This document shows positions 1 through 11,800 of a stretch of 53,742 bases of DNA, piece after piece (position 1 is the stretch's first letter; the number at the start of each line of letters is the position of its first letter). The DNA is from a virus. Its lineage: Duplodnaviria; Caudoviricetes. The stretch covers positions 1 to 53,742 of IMG/VR virus record IMGVR_UViG_3300040985_000553; one strand, given 5' to 3'. The notes beneath the pieces are model-generated. The model had not been told where the DNA came from. It searched no databases and was given only the letters and a program-made list of their open reading frames with translations. The position numbers and the translations under genes were made by a program.

Positions 1-1
1 G

Positions 2-97
2 TACGACAGCAATGAGGCGGCGTCCGCAGACCGCATTACCATAACCGTTAATGGCGTCGAGCAAGCTGTTTCCACAGCCGTTGCTGTCGATAGCGCC
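2..97. repeat. 96-bp direct terminal repeat, left copy (circular assembly overlap)
   Basis: Identical to 53646-53741; lies inside a coding frame that continues across the join. Confidence 0.95.
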
Positions 98-2050
98 AGA
101 GCACTCGATTGGAACTCGACGGACGCCCACTCCATCGGTCGCCGTCAGGATGCTGCATCGGAATACTGTGATGGGTACATGGCTGAGTTCGTCAACATCC
201 CCGCCACCGCCTTAGCTGCGACGAGCTTCGGCGAGACCAACGACGATGGTGTATGGGTGCCGAAAGAATACACAGGATCGTACGGCACCAACGGCTTCTA
301 CATCACAGGCGAGGACAGTGCTGATCTCGGCGCAGATTACTCCGGCAACAGCAACGACTTCACCTCGTCAGGGCTGACCAGCGACGATCAGCGCGGCGAC
401 ACTCCGACGCTAAATTACCCTACTATGTCTCCCATTTCAGTTTGGGACGGGGCAAACGCAATACTCAGTGAAGGCAACCTTCGCACCGAAAATAACGCCT
501 CGACAACGTACTTTGGAAATACGTTGACTATGCAGCCTCCGAAAAGCGGCAAATGGTATTTTGAGGCCTCGATAGTTACGGCTGGGCAGTTTAGTTTTGG
601 GATAGAGGCGACGAACAAAGATTTTTGGTCGAGCGGCTCACCCGGCCAAACGGCTACTGGGTACGCCCTCCTTAGCAATGGCGCGGGGACACGCGCTACA
701 AGGAATAATAACACTAATACAAACACTCGCAGCGCCGACACCGCAGGTGATGTTTTCCAAATCGCTATGGACTGTGACACAGGCGAGTTGTGGCTGGGTA
801 GAGAAAACACTTGGTATGGCGGTGGCGATCCTTCTGCGGGTACTACCCCAACGTACACGTTTGACGCGGCCTTGGAATACGCGATTGTCCTTACAAGCGG
901 AACAAATGGTAATGGTTCTATCCGTTATGTTCAGGGACCAGATTGGACGTACACTGCCCCTACCAATTTTAAGGAACTCAACACCGACAACCTCCCCGCG
1001 CCGACAATCAAGGACGGCACGGCTCACTTCCAGTCCACACTGTACACGGGCAATGGCACAGCTATTGGCTCTGGTGGTCTGGCAGTATCCCAGAGTGAGA
1101 ACAGCACATTCCAGCCTGACCTTGTGTGGATTAAAGAGCGAAACGGAGCAGCAGATCACGCTTTATATGATGCTGTTCGTGGAACAACAAAAGATTTAGC
1201 GTCTAATAACTCAAACGCTGAAACAACTGAGACAGAAGGATTGACAGCGTTCGACGCTGCCGGATTTACGGTGGGTAACCTTGCCAAGGTCAACACCAGC
1301 AGCGACACTTATGTTGCATGGCAGTGGTTAGCTGCTAACAGCACAGCATCAAATTCTGATGGCAGTATTGCCTCTACTGTGTCAGCTAACACAACATCAG
1401 GATTTAGTATTGTTACCTACACTGGTGACGGAAATGATAATGCAACCGTTGGTCATGGATTAGGAGTAACCCCTAAAACGGTTTGGTTGCTTCCGCGATC
1501 AAACGGGGACAACAAACAGGTTTCAAACTGGGAGACAGGCGTTACAGCATTTACTGAAGATTTGAAATTGAATGTTGCTGAAGCCGCAAATAGTTCTTCA
1601 ACGCGTGTAAAAGGGGGCAGTTCGACAACCTTTACGCTTGGTACTGACGTAAATGTTAATGGAAGCGGCAGGACATATCTTGCGTACTGCTTCAACGAAA
1701 TCGAGGGCTTTAGTAAATTCGGCACTTACACTGGAAATGGGTCTTCAGATGGCGCTTTTGTATACTGTGGATTCAGACCTGCTCTAGTTATATTGCGCCG
1801 AACAAATGCGGCTGAAAACTGGGTGATGGTTGATAGTGCTAGAAACGAATATAACGTAGCAAATCTTAGGCTTTATGCAGATACAACTAATGCTGACATC
1901 ACATCCACAACGCATGATTTCTTGTCTAATGGATTCAAACTTCGTGCTAGTGATGGTGGCGTAAATGCCTCTGGCAACCCTTACGTTTTCATGGCATTTG
2001 CAGAACACCCCTTTGGCGGCGATGGTGTCGCCCCCGTCCCGGCTCGATAG
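2..2050 (+). CDS. 3' part of a receptor-binding/tail protein (LamG/ConA-like and SPRY-like domains); full gene 53295->2050 across the join, about 799 aa
   Basis: Frame is open from base 2 and in phase with ORF 179-2050 and with the ORF starting at 53295. SPRY-like signature GKWYFE...GDVFQIAMDCDTGELWLG; repeated YTGNG motifs typical of phage tail lectin proteins. Confidence 0.8.
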   Translation, partial: YDSNEAASADRITITVNGVEQAVSTAVAVDSARALDWNSTDAHSIGRRQDAASEYCDGYMAEFVNIPATALAATSFGETNDDGVWVPKEYTGSYGTNGFYITGEDSADLGADYSGNSNDFTSSGLTSDDQRGDTPTLNYPTMSPISVWDGANAILSEGNLRTENNASTTYFGNTLTMQPPKSGKWYFEASIVTAGQFSFGIEATNKDFWSSGSPGQTATGYALLSNGAGTRATRNNNTNTNTRSADTAGDVFQIAMDCDTGELWLGRENTWYGGGDPSAGTTPTYTFDAALEYAIVLTSGTNGNGSIRYVQGPDWTYTAPTNFKELNTDNLPAPTIKDGTAHFQSTLYTGNGTAIGSGGLAVSQSENSTFQPDLVWIKERNGAADHALYDAVRGTTKDLASNNSNAETTETEGLTAFDAAGFTVGNLAKVNTSSDTYVAWQWLAANSTASNSDGSIASTVSANTTSGFSIVTYTGDGNDNATVGHGLGVTPKTVWLLPRSNGDNKQVSNWETGVTAFTEDLKLNVAEAANSSSTRVKGGSSTTFTLGTDVNVNGSGRTYLAYCFNEIEGFSKFGTYTGNGSSDGAFVYCGFRPALVILRRTNAAENWVMVDSARNEYNVANLRLYADTTNADITSTTHDFLSNGFKLRASDGGVNASGNPYVFMAFAEHPFGGDGVAPVPAR

Positions 2051-2059
2051 GAGAAGACA

Positions 2060-2626
2060 ATGTGGACATATAATGGTAAAGTAATTAAAGAAGGCCGGGC
2101 ATGGACGGATGATAACGGTGTCCAGCATCCGGCTAATTGGTATATTTGGTCTGAGGACGAGAAGGTTGCTCACGGTCTTGTCTGGGTAGATTCCCAGCCA
2201 CAGCCTGACAGTCGTTTCTATTGGTGGTCCCAGAACTCTGATGGTACATACACCAGCACCGAACGGGCATTGGAAGATGTCAACGAGGTCGATGACAACG
2301 GTGACCCGCTGCTGGACGAAAACGGAGTTCAGATGGTAACTCTCGGTCTTAAATCTCAGTGGATTGCCCAGACAAAGCAGACACAGGGCAGTCTTTTGTC
2401 TCAGACAGATTGGGCTTATACCCGCGTTGCCGATACTGGAACGGCAGTACCTTCGGATATTCAGCAGTATCGTAACGAGGTCCGTCTGGCGGCGGCGGTT
2501 ATCGAAGATCAGATTAGTCAGTGTGCCAATCTGGATGACTTCAAGGCTCTGTTTGTTGCGCCTGTTGACGCGAACGGCGACGTGACCGGCAACGCCCCGA
2601 TCTATAACTGGCCGGAGGAAATCTAA
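2060..2626 (+). CDS. tail fibre assembly chaperone-like protein
   Basis: LLSQTDW...QYRNEVR...NWPEE C-terminal pattern; AGGAG RBS; directly after the fibre gene. Confidence 0.65.
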   Translation: MWTYNGKVIKEGRAWTDDNGVQHPANWYIWSEDEKVAHGLVWVDSQPQPDSRFYWWSQNSDGTYTSTERALEDVNEVDDNGDPLLDENGVQMVTLGLKSQWIAQTKQTQGSLLSQTDWAYTRVADTGTAVPSDIQQYRNEVRLAAAVIEDQISQCANLDDFKALFVAPVDANGDVTGNAPIYNWPEEI

Positions 2627-3525
2627 TGGCAACGTACACCACCCGAATCAGGCTGAATAAGCAGGGGACCGGCGACAACGATTCGACGTGGGGTACAGTT
2701 CTGAATGATGAGGTCATTGATCTCACTGACTTTGCCATCGCCGGGTACACCACGATTAGCCTTGCTGCTGGTGATGTTAGTCTGACAGCTAATGACGGTA
2801 CGGCGGACGAGGCACGTTCGGCCATGCTCGAACTGACCGGTGCTTTGACCGGCGATACCGGAGTCTATCTCCCGTCGAGTATTACCAAAAGTTACATCGT
2901 CAAGAACAACACATCGGGTTCGTACGATGCGACGGTTCTGATTAACGGCGGGACCGGTCATGCAATTCCACAGGGTGGTACAACAATCGTTATCACCGAC
3001 GGCGTTACTGTCAGCGAGGCTATTGAGGGCGTCTACGGCACGGCAGCGACACTCGACTTTGGCACGGGTGATGCCAACCTGATTCCGGTGTCGTCTGCTG
3101 ACACCCGGTATGCCAACGTGTCTTCGGATGAGACAATCACCGGAAACTACACGTTCTCCTCGTCAACAACATTTACCGCGCAGGTCATCGGAACAGGGGC
3201 ACAGGCATTCTCCAGCCCTGTGTCGGTTGCCGTAGCATCCTCGGCGGTATCGCTAGACTTTGCCACCGGCAATAACTTTACGACAATCCTGAACGGTAAC
3301 GTGTCCATCGCCAATCCATCTAATCTACAGCCCGGTCAATCTGGCATAATCTATGTCGTGCAGGACGGAACCGGTTCTCGGACCATGTCGTTCAATTCAG
3401 ACTGGGAATTTACAGGAGGTACCGCACCTACACTGTCTACCGCTGCATCCGCAGTTGATGCTCTGATCTACAATGTCCGAACATCAACAGCAATCAGTGG
3501 TTTTGTCGTAAGTAATATGAGTTAA
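2626..3525 (+). CDS. tail fibre/adaptor virion protein
   Basis: N-terminal G.ND.TWG anchor-type motif; C-terminal ~90 aa paralogous to the C-terminus of 51618-52844. Confidence 0.65.
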   Translation: MATYTTRIRLNKQGTGDNDSTWGTVLNDEVIDLTDFAIAGYTTISLAAGDVSLTANDGTADEARSAMLELTGALTGDTGVYLPSSITKSYIVKNNTSGSYDATVLINGGTGHAIPQGGTTIVITDGVTVSEAIEGVYGTAATLDFGTGDANLIPVSSADTRYANVSSDETITGNYTFSSSTTFTAQVIGTGAQAFSSPVSVAVASSAVSLDFATGNNFTTILNGNVSIANPSNLQPGQSGIIYVVQDGTGSRTMSFNSDWEFTGGTAPTLSTAASAVDALIYNVRTSTAISGFVVSNMS

Positions 3526-3530
3526 TCAGC

Positions 3531-5333
3531 ATGGCTGGTGTTCTCTCCGAACTCAACTTTGCCCGACCCGGCTTCAATCGGGAGAACACCCGGTACGCCG
3601 AGAAGGGGCACTGGTACGACGGTGACCATGTCAGGTTCCGTGACGGTACTCCGCAGAACATTCGTGGATATGAGCGGCGCGGCGGTGTCTTCGACGGTAC
3701 ACCCAGAGACACAGTAACGTGGGTAGACTTTGATTCATCTCGCCTCATCGGCTTTGGCACTGAGAAGAAACTGTATCTGTACGAGGGCGGTGAAAACTAC
3801 GACATCACCCCGATTGTATCAGTAGTTACCGCCACGAACGGCCTGAATACCACCGCAGGGTCTACCCGGATTGTCGTGTCCGTGACCGGCGTCGGGGTTG
3901 AGGACGGCAACTACGTCGCCTTTACATCGCAGACAACGACGGTTGGCGGCAACATCTTCCTGACGACAATCAGCGATTCGTACGAGGTGTCAGTCATTGA
4001 CGCATCGTCATTTGCCGTTGACATCTCCGTAACCGCAGCAGCAACGTCTGCATCTGCCGGTGGTGATGTTACAATCCATCGTCTGCTTCCCGCAGGTCCG
4101 TCTGTGTCTCAGCCGGGATTTGGCTGGTCGGCTGGTACGTACGGCCTGTCTACCTACGGCACACCGCGAACAACTTCCAACATTACCGTGGAGATTCGTC
4201 AGTGGTCGATGACCAACTGGGGTGAAGACCTTCTGACAAACCCTCGCGGTGGTCGTATCTATCAGTGGGACGCGACAGGCGGGGCGGGAACTCGTGCCGC
4301 TCTGGTGACTGCATCCCCGACGCAGAATAATCAGATTCTGGTAACGCCGGACAGTCAGTTTGCCATCAGTCTGGGCTGCACGAACGAGGCTGGTGACTAC
4401 GATCCGCTGCTGGTCCGTTGGTCCAGTCAGGAGAACTACAACGATTGGACAGCCTCTGCGACGAACACCGCCGGGTCCAACCCAATTGGGACCGGGTCAA
4501 AGATTATCGGTGGAATGCACAGCCGTCAGGCCGTCATGATTTGGACCGACACGGCTACTCATACAATGCAGTATGTGGGCGGTCCGTTTGTCTTCCGCTT
4601 CCGACACATCGGTGACAACACCGGACTCATTGCCCCACACGCAGCCGCAGAATTTAACGGTATTCCGTTCTGGATGGGCGACACAAACTTTTTCGTCTGG
4701 CAGGGCGGTGCCGTTCAGACATTGGACTGCACTGTCCGTCGTTATATTTTTGATGACCTCAACTTGGATCAGCGCGACAAAATTTTTGCCGGGGTAAACT
4801 CGGAGTTTAACGAGATTACGTGGCTATATCCATCTGCGGATTCTCTGGAATGCGACAGGTACGTCAGCTACAACCCGCTGGAAAACTACTGGGTCTACGG
4901 TACCGGCAAGTTTACCACATGGGCGGACACCGGTATCTTCGATAACGTCATCACAGGCGGATCGGACAGCTATCTATACGACAACGAACCGACTGGCGTA
5001 TACACAGCAGACGGTGGCCTGTTGTCTTCCTTCATCGAATCAGCTTCTTTTGAAATTGATTCTGGCAATCAGATGATGATGATCCGCCGACTTATTCCTG
5101 ATGTATCCATCTCTGATCCGGGACAGGTAAAGTTCACCACAAAGACAAAACGGTACCCACAGGCTTCGGAAGAGACTGTCAAGGGTCCGTTCGTAATTCA
5201 GCCGGGTACGGAGAAGGTAGACTTCCGTGCCCGTGGTCGTCAGGCCAGTATTAAGATTGACTGCTCTACTGCCGGGGTGGCGTGGAAGTACGGTTCGATG
5301 CGTCTCCAGATACAGCCCGATGGCGGTCGATAG
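3531..5333 (+). CDS. podovirus tail tubular/nozzle (stabilisation) protein
   Basis: 600 aa, beta-rich; LVRWSSQEN, NEITWLYPS and RARGRQ motifs; lies before the ejection genes. Confidence 0.7.
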   Translation: MAGVLSELNFARPGFNRENTRYAEKGHWYDGDHVRFRDGTPQNIRGYERRGGVFDGTPRDTVTWVDFDSSRLIGFGTEKKLYLYEGGENYDITPIVSVVTATNGLNTTAGSTRIVVSVTGVGVEDGNYVAFTSQTTTVGGNIFLTTISDSYEVSVIDASSFAVDISVTAAATSASAGGDVTIHRLLPAGPSVSQPGFGWSAGTYGLSTYGTPRTTSNITVEIRQWSMTNWGEDLLTNPRGGRIYQWDATGGAGTRAALVTASPTQNNQILVTPDSQFAISLGCTNEAGDYDPLLVRWSSQENYNDWTASATNTAGSNPIGTGSKIIGGMHSRQAVMIWTDTATHTMQYVGGPFVFRFRHIGDNTGLIAPHAAAEFNGIPFWMGDTNFFVWQGGAVQTLDCTVRRYIFDDLNLDQRDKIFAGVNSEFNEITWLYPSADSLECDRYVSYNPLENYWVYGTGKFTTWADTGIFDNVITGGSDSYLYDNEPTGVYTADGGLLSSFIESASFEIDSGNQMMMIRRLIPDVSISDPGQVKFTTKTKRYPQASEETVKGPFVIQPGTEKVDFRARGRQASIKIDCSTAGVAWKYGSMRLQIQPDGGR

Positions 5334-5342
5334 GAGCGAAGC

Positions 5343-5621
5343 ATGGCTGCTGTATATCCAGAACTATTTGCCCATTTCAACCAGTTTACCGAGCCGCAGA
5401 TCATCGAACTGCATCGGATACTTACCGACTATGTCAGCCAGTTGTCGCTGACTCTTCAGCAACGTGACGACGAGATAGACTCGACACCGTCAGACACAGT
5501 CCTCCCGGTAAACGACACAACATCCGTACAGTCGCCTCCAGAGGGGGCAATTCGGTACAACCGCGCCACGTCCAAGTTTCAGGGATATATCTCTGGTACT
5601 GGTTGGGTAGATTTCCACTAA
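5343..5621 (+). CDS. hypothetical virion protein
   Basis: AGGAG RBS; C-terminal GAIRYN...FQGY...W motif seen in phage tail proteins. Confidence 0.6.
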   Translation: MAAVYPELFAHFNQFTEPQIIELHRILTDYVSQLSLTLQQRDDEIDSTPSDTVLPVNDTTSVQSPPEGAIRYNRATSKFQGYISGTGWVDFH

Positions 5622-5636
5622 CGGATATAATGAATT

Positions 5637-7103
5637 ATGGCTATTAATCTCCCTACAGACGGCATGGATTCACTGGGTGCTCTAATTCAACTACAGATGT
5701 TGGAACAGATGCGCCCGTCTGTTCAAGAACAGCCGGTGATGCAAACAATGTCACGTCCTGATCTACCGAAGGATACAGGGCTGACCGCCGCTACCCCGCA
5801 AGGAATTGCTGGTGTTCTTTCTCGGTACGCCGAAAACCGTCTGGAAGAAAAACAACAGCCAATTCGTATGGAGACGGGCGGCAGCGTTATGGATCAGCTG
5901 TACGGGCAGCTTATGGGTCAAATCCCCATGGGTCAAAATCCGGCGTCGTATAATGATGATTACGAATATACTCCGTATGTTGCGGGTGCGGCACCGGCCC
6001 CGACACAATCTGCTGTTGCTGTCGTCCCAGACGCGCCTCTTGCATATGGTCCTGAAGACATTGCTATAAGAGAAAGCGGATTTGATTTTGACGATGGCGG
6101 GATTTCTGGTAATGCAGCAACAGGTACGTCGGGAGTCGGAGCACCGAGTGCGGCACAGACAGCAGCTAATCAATCATTTGCACAGGCTGTTTCATCACCT
6201 ATTGCTTCACAAGTCTTTGGTCCGGACGTTGGTAGAGGCGTTCAAGCAGTAAGCGGACTTGCGTCTATGGCGGGTGTTCCCGGCATTGGACTTGCAGGAA
6301 CAAGTCCTATTGGCATCATGGCAGCACTTCTGGGATTTGTAAACCCAGTAATGGGAGTAGCACTTGCTGGGTTTGGTCATGGGGTTAATGCCATTTCTAA
6401 TTTTGATGTTCAGACAAGCCCAAGTGGACAATCACAGGTTTATGGCTGGGGTAGCAAAAACATAGATATGTTTGACAATCTAGTAGGCACTCCAGAGCAT
6501 ACAGCAAACATGCTCGGATACGATCCTACTGATCCGATGAGTAGTAAAATTAACTTTACTTACCCGACAGTAGCAGATGTGGACCCAGCCGAAGTTGCAG
6601 CACAACAAGCCATTGCAGACTTTTCTCAAGCACATCAGGGAGAAGTTGGTGATGCCGGTCAAGGTGGTGGAATGTCTTCGGATGAAGCGGCTACTGATGC
6701 GGCAGAATCCGGTCAAAACGGACAGGGAGGACACATGGCACAGGGCGGTGTGGTTGACTTCTATGCACAGGGCGGCGGTATCTCGTCTCTGGCCTATGGC
6801 GGCGAGGCTGCACCGGTCGGCTTTGCTAACAAGGCGTTCGAGGGCATGGTCCCCGGACAGGGAACAGGTATGTCGGATGACGTCCCGTTCTCCATCGAGG
6901 GCAACCAACCAGCACTCCTATCTCGCGACGAATACGTACTACCATCTGATGTCGTATCCCAGTTAGGCGACGGATCATCTGGTGCCGGGGCAGACATGCT
7001 CGACACCTTTGTCTCGTCTGTACGTCAAAACAAATATGGAAACACGAATCAGCCTCCCCCGAACGGTGGCGGACTACTCGGTTCTTTGATGAAAACCGTA
7101 TAA
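5637..7103 (+). CDS. putative internal virion/ejection protein
   Basis: Gly/Ala-rich with a hydrophobic middle; C-terminal GQGTGMSDDVP...LLSRDEYV motif; several xxGG motifs. Confidence 0.6.
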   Translation: MAINLPTDGMDSLGALIQLQMLEQMRPSVQEQPVMQTMSRPDLPKDTGLTAATPQGIAGVLSRYAENRLEEKQQPIRMETGGSVMDQLYGQLMGQIPMGQNPASYNDDYEYTPYVAGAAPAPTQSAVAVVPDAPLAYGPEDIAIRESGFDFDDGGISGNAATGTSGVGAPSAAQTAANQSFAQAVSSPIASQVFGPDVGRGVQAVSGLASMAGVPGIGLAGTSPIGIMAALLGFVNPVMGVALAGFGHGVNAISNFDVQTSPSGQSQVYGWGSKNIDMFDNLVGTPEHTANMLGYDPTDPMSSKINFTYPTVADVDPAEVAAQQAIADFSQAHQGEVGDAGQGGGMSSDEAATDAAESGQNGQGGHMAQGGVVDFYAQGGGISSLAYGGEAAPVGFANKAFEGMVPGQGTGMSDDVPFSIEGNQPALLSRDEYVLPSDVVSQLGDGSSGAGADMLDTFVSSVRQNKYGNTNQPPPNGGGLLGSLMKTV

Positions 7104-7119
7104 AAGGTATACTTCTATT

Positions 7120-8853
7120 ATGGCTGAAACTACCACAATTCAGGGCTTTGCCCCACAGATTGCCCCGATGGCCGAAGAGGCTTTCACCGAGGCACAGAAT
7201 ATCTTCCAGCAGCGCATGGGAGAAGGCTATCAGCGTCCTGAAACACCTCTGTTTACTCCCTTCACGCAGCCTGAACTAGAAGCACAGCAGCAGACTCTGG
7301 ACGTTGCCGCTGGTCCATTGGCCCGACCTGCGCTTCAGGAATCCGCTGGAATGACTCGGGCAGGTGCCAGTGGTGTCGGAAGTCTTATTCCCGGTCTGAT
7401 GAATCCATATACGCAGCAGGTTGCCGACGCGACAAAGCGTCGTTTTGCCGAGAATTATCAGCGTCAGGTTCTTAATCCGCTGGATACAAGCGCAACTGTT
7501 GCAGGTGGTCTTCGTGGTGCCAGAGCAGGTGTTGAACGCGCCCTAGCCCGAGATCGGATGCAGCTGGGCTTGGCTGATATCGACGCCCAGCTTTTAGATA
7601 AGGCATTTCAACAGTCTGCTGCTCTTGCCGAACAACAGCGTCGTCGTGAACTTCAGGCTGCTCCTGAGATTTCACGTCTTGGTCTTGTAGACCTCGGTCA
7701 GCAGTTGATGGCTCCGGAACTACAGGCCAGTGTCGGCGAGGCTCAACGTGGACAGCTTGATCTGGCTCGTCAGGCAGAACTAGGTCAGGAACTGGCCGAG
7801 CAACGGTTTCCCGAGACAAGTCTACAGCAGTATCTGAATTTCCTCGGGCTTGGCAGGGCACCGACGCAAACGACAGAGTCCATACCTGACGCTGTCGGAT
7901 CGACAGGCGCACCGCAACGTCCTACACTTGGTCAGCAGATTGGTACGGGCCTGTCTTTGCTGACCTCGCTTCCGAAGGCAGTCAGCAGCGTGTCTCAGGC
8001 TGTCAGCGCAGTTCCAGATGTTATCAGTGGTGTATCGAGCGGTCTTAAAGGAATTGGGGATTTCTTTGCATCGTTTGCCGAGGGCGGCTCCGTCGGTGGT
8101 CTGTCATCTCTTCCTACAGTTCGTATGCAGGACGGTGGACGTCCGCCCAACATCTTTGCACCTGATATGCGATCTGAAATTGTTCGTCAGCAGTACATCA
8201 ACCTTCTTGCAGCACAAAAACAAAAACCCACAGAACAGCCGCAGATGTCTCCCGGACAGACGGCTGACTACATTGACCGTATTCAGAACATCCAGTATCA
8301 ACGGGAAAGTCCGCTAGGGTCTCTGGTTGATCTGGGAATTGGTCTTGGAACTGCTAAGATGCGTGGGGATCAGGCTGCAATTGATGCTGCACGGGCTGCA
8401 CGGGCTGCAAAAATTAAGTCAGAATCTGAGATGCTCGATACTGTGCTTGGCATTGAAGATAAAGGTGTACAACGCGACGAACAGGTTGTTAAGATTGCCG
8501 AATCAGCCGCTGATGCATTTACAGATTCAACAGACCTGCTACAGGCCGCTATTAAAGAGGGCGCTACTCCAGCAGAAATTAAATTTCTTAAAGAAAATGC
8601 CCAAAAACAGTACGAATTTGCCGGTCAGTTCTTGGCCGAGGCTCAGAAACGTATGACTGGAAATACTCCAGAACTTAGCGTGTTTATAAACAACATTCGG
8701 AATAGCGTGACTAACTCTGCTGCGGCAATTGACGTGTATCCGACATTCGGTCGAGACACAGCGTCCACGAAGGAAGAACTTACTCTTGATCCTAAAAGCA
8801 TGGACCCGGAAGACATTGCAAAAAGAGTACAGCAGCGGCGTCAAGGTAAATAA
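7120..8853 (+). CDS. putative DNA ejection (pilot) protein
   Basis: Gln/Ala-rich helical protein with MNPYTQQV motif; position in the ejection cluster. Confidence 0.6.
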   Translation: MAETTTIQGFAPQIAPMAEEAFTEAQNIFQQRMGEGYQRPETPLFTPFTQPELEAQQQTLDVAAGPLARPALQESAGMTRAGASGVGSLIPGLMNPYTQQVADATKRRFAENYQRQVLNPLDTSATVAGGLRGARAGVERALARDRMQLGLADIDAQLLDKAFQQSAALAEQQRRRELQAAPEISRLGLVDLGQQLMAPELQASVGEAQRGQLDLARQAELGQELAEQRFPETSLQQYLNFLGLGRAPTQTTESIPDAVGSTGAPQRPTLGQQIGTGLSLLTSLPKAVSSVSQAVSAVPDVISGVSSGLKGIGDFFASFAEGGSVGGLSSLPTVRMQDGGRPPNIFAPDMRSEIVRQQYINLLAAQKQKPTEQPQMSPGQTADYIDRIQNIQYQRESPLGSLVDLGIGLGTAKMRGDQAAIDAARAARAAKIKSESEMLDTVLGIEDKGVQRDEQVVKIAESAADAFTDSTDLLQAAIKEGATPAEIKFLKENAQKQYEFAGQFLAEAQKRMTGNTPELSVFINNIRNSVTNSAAAIDVYPTFGRDTASTKEELTLDPKSMDPEDIAKRVQQRRQGK

Positions 8854-11800
8854 TGGCTACATATGAAGAACTGATTGACGACGACGACTTTGTCGGGTCT
8901 GTCTATAACGTCTTCAGTGAACTCGGACAGGATATACCATCAGACCGACAACAGCTTGTCGATGACTTTCTGACATATCGTCGGGCGATGGAAGACAACA
9001 CCGCCGCTACTTTCCAGACAAAATTAGAAGCAGACTCCTTGTCTGAAAACGGCAAGATAATGTTCGGCTACGCCCTAGAACAAGCCTCCAGTCTTCCAAT
9101 GATTGGTACAGAAGGGTCTGCCCCGTTTTTGGATGGTTTTCTGGACCACGCCAGATTTAGTTTGACCGATCCTTTTAATTTTGCGGCAGTTGCTCTTGCC
9201 CCTTTTACTGGAGGCGCAAGTGTGGCAGCAGGTTTTGGGACCAAAGAAGTCGCCAAGCAGGGAATTAAGTACGGACTTAAACAGGCCATCAAAAAACCAC
9301 TGGAACGGGCAGTAGCAACTGTTAAAAATCCGGGTGCCCGGAAAATTCTTGCTGCTGAAGGCGGAATTAACTTTACCGGAACTAGTGTACGCGAAAACGA
9401 AATTCAAAACATTGAAAAAGAAGTTGGGATTCGTGACAAGAAAGATATTGGCGAAATTGCAACGATAGCCACGGCAGAAACTATCCTTGCCCCAGTTGTC
9501 GGCATCGGAGGAACAGCCTTTACAGAGATGTTTGGCCGTCTCGTCAAAGCAGGAATTGTCGATCCTGCACTACGAAACAGTCCAACTGCTGATTTTTATG
9601 CTAACCGTATGGTTAACATGTTTCGACCGGGCAGTGGTTTGGACGATGATATTTTACGGAAAGAAGAAATTCTTGTCGGCATACAGAACCGTTTCATGCG
9701 TGACGGTCAAGAACTTAACAAAGAACTTATTAAAAATAAAACCTACAAAGACCTCGTCAAAAATCAGGAAGGTGTTAATCTTCTCAACCAAGCTGTAGAA
9801 GGATATGGCGAAGCCCTTGGCAAGATTAGGGGCATGGACGACAAACTGGCTGACTCGCTGGAGCAGGGCCGGAGTCTTATCCGTGAAGCACAGGAGTACG
9901 GGAAGCAGGTTTCTGATCTGTCGCCAAACTATGCAAAGTATTTTGACCCTATTAATCCTGAATTTAATCCCCACTATGCAAAGTTTATCTACGAAGCATT
10001 TGAGGGTCCACGGCAGGTCTCGTTCTCCAAGTACAAGGAAAAAAATCCTACGCTCATCGACGATGTTTTTGAATTGGTAAAGAAAGACGCTGCTCTGCCG
10101 GATGATCAGTCACAGCAGTTCTATAAATCTTTTGGTCTGACACCGGGACAACTCCAGACCGGGACGCTCCAAGGTCAGATTCGAGATCGGATTGAGTCTG
10201 GCGCAAAGAAAATGTATACAGGTAAGGATACGCGCTACGAAGAAGCCGCCTCAATCCTAAAAGGCCGTAAAGGCGAAGAACAGCTTCCGGAGTTGTTCAG
10301 CGATCTGCTTGGACGAAACGCGCTACCGGCCCGTCGTATTTTGGCGTCCGTTCAGGGCATCATAGAACCGATGACCCGTTTCCATCTGGCAAACGAAACA
10401 GGACGTCTTCTTGAACAGAAGGGGTTGGCGGTTCTGGCTGACAGTGCTGAAGACGCGGCAAATAAGTTTGCGGCTAAAAACGGAACACTTGTATCGCCTA
10501 GTCGTCTACGCACGATTCATGATCAGGCTATTCCAGTTCCCGGCGTCAAAGTTAATCGACCCGGAGGACTTCGGGAGGCAACTCAAAATTATTACGTAGA
10601 CGACAAACTTGCTGACGATATGCGTCTGGCGTTTACAAATCCTAATTTTTCAAACGTCCTCAAACAAACTGATGAAGACATTAAAGCTGCTGGGCTGCAA
10701 GGAATTATCAACGTTGCCAGTAATGTTCAGGGTGCGTCCAAGCTGTTCAAGACGGCATATAGTCCTGTTGCCATGGGACGTAACCTTCTTGGTGCTGCAA
10801 TACAGGTAGGTGCAACCGGAAACCTTCGTGGTTTAACTAAACTTAAAAGTGACTTCTGGGATAGTCCTGCAAACAAACGTGCCCTCCGTGAACTCGGCAT
10901 TCTAGATACTGGTGTCACCATGCGTCAGATTCTAAACCGCCTTGGTCCAGAGTTTGCTGCTCATGCAGCAGGACGTCGTGGCGGATTATCACGTTTTCGT
11001 CGGATTTTGATGGCACCTGTCAGCCAAGGCGGTTTTGGTTTGAAACTTCGCGAAGCATATCAGGCGGTCGATGATCTGGCGAAAGTCGCAGCATATTACG
11101 GTGAAAAATCTAAACTTTCAAAACATTGGCAACAGTATACTCCTGAGAAAAAAGATCAGTTGCGCGATCAGATGCGTTTATTTCTCAACAAAGATAATGT
11201 GATAGATGACGAAGTGTTGACAGAACTGGCTGTCCGAAGTGCGCTGGACGTTATGCCAACTTATTCTCGTGTTCCGCAGATTACGGAGGCACTTCGCGGC
11301 ATCCCTATCATCGGTAACTTCATGGGTTTCTCAGCTGAAGTTATACGAAACAATATCAATATTCTTCGTAAAGGCCACGAAGAAATGATCGAAGGCTTGA
11401 ACACAAAAAATGCTGGACTGGCCCGACAAGGTGCAGACCGGATTCTTCGCATGGCTGCGGTCAATGCTGGATTCTATGCCGGTGCCACGACCTTCTCTGA
11501 GTCTGAGTTCAGCAAAGAAAAAATGGCTGCTCTTAAATCTTTTATGCCAGAGTGGGATAGAAACGCGCCGCTGTTGATCACAGGTGTAGAAAGAAGCCGC
11601 GACCCAGAACGACGACAGTCTGAAGACATCGAAATTCAGTACAAAAATATAGGATGGCTAAACCCGAATCAGCCGGTCGAGCAACTAGTTTCAGCAGTTC
11701 TTGCTGCTGGTATACGAAAAGACGAAGATTTTGATACGGTAATAGAGGAAAATATTATACCGGCACTCTACAATCTTGTGTCGCCTTTTGTCGATCCTTC

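Noticed and set aside
2-97. Biological terminal repeat
   Set aside because: It falls mid-gene and looks like an assembler overlap; real ends are more plausibly near 36.2-36.4 kb.
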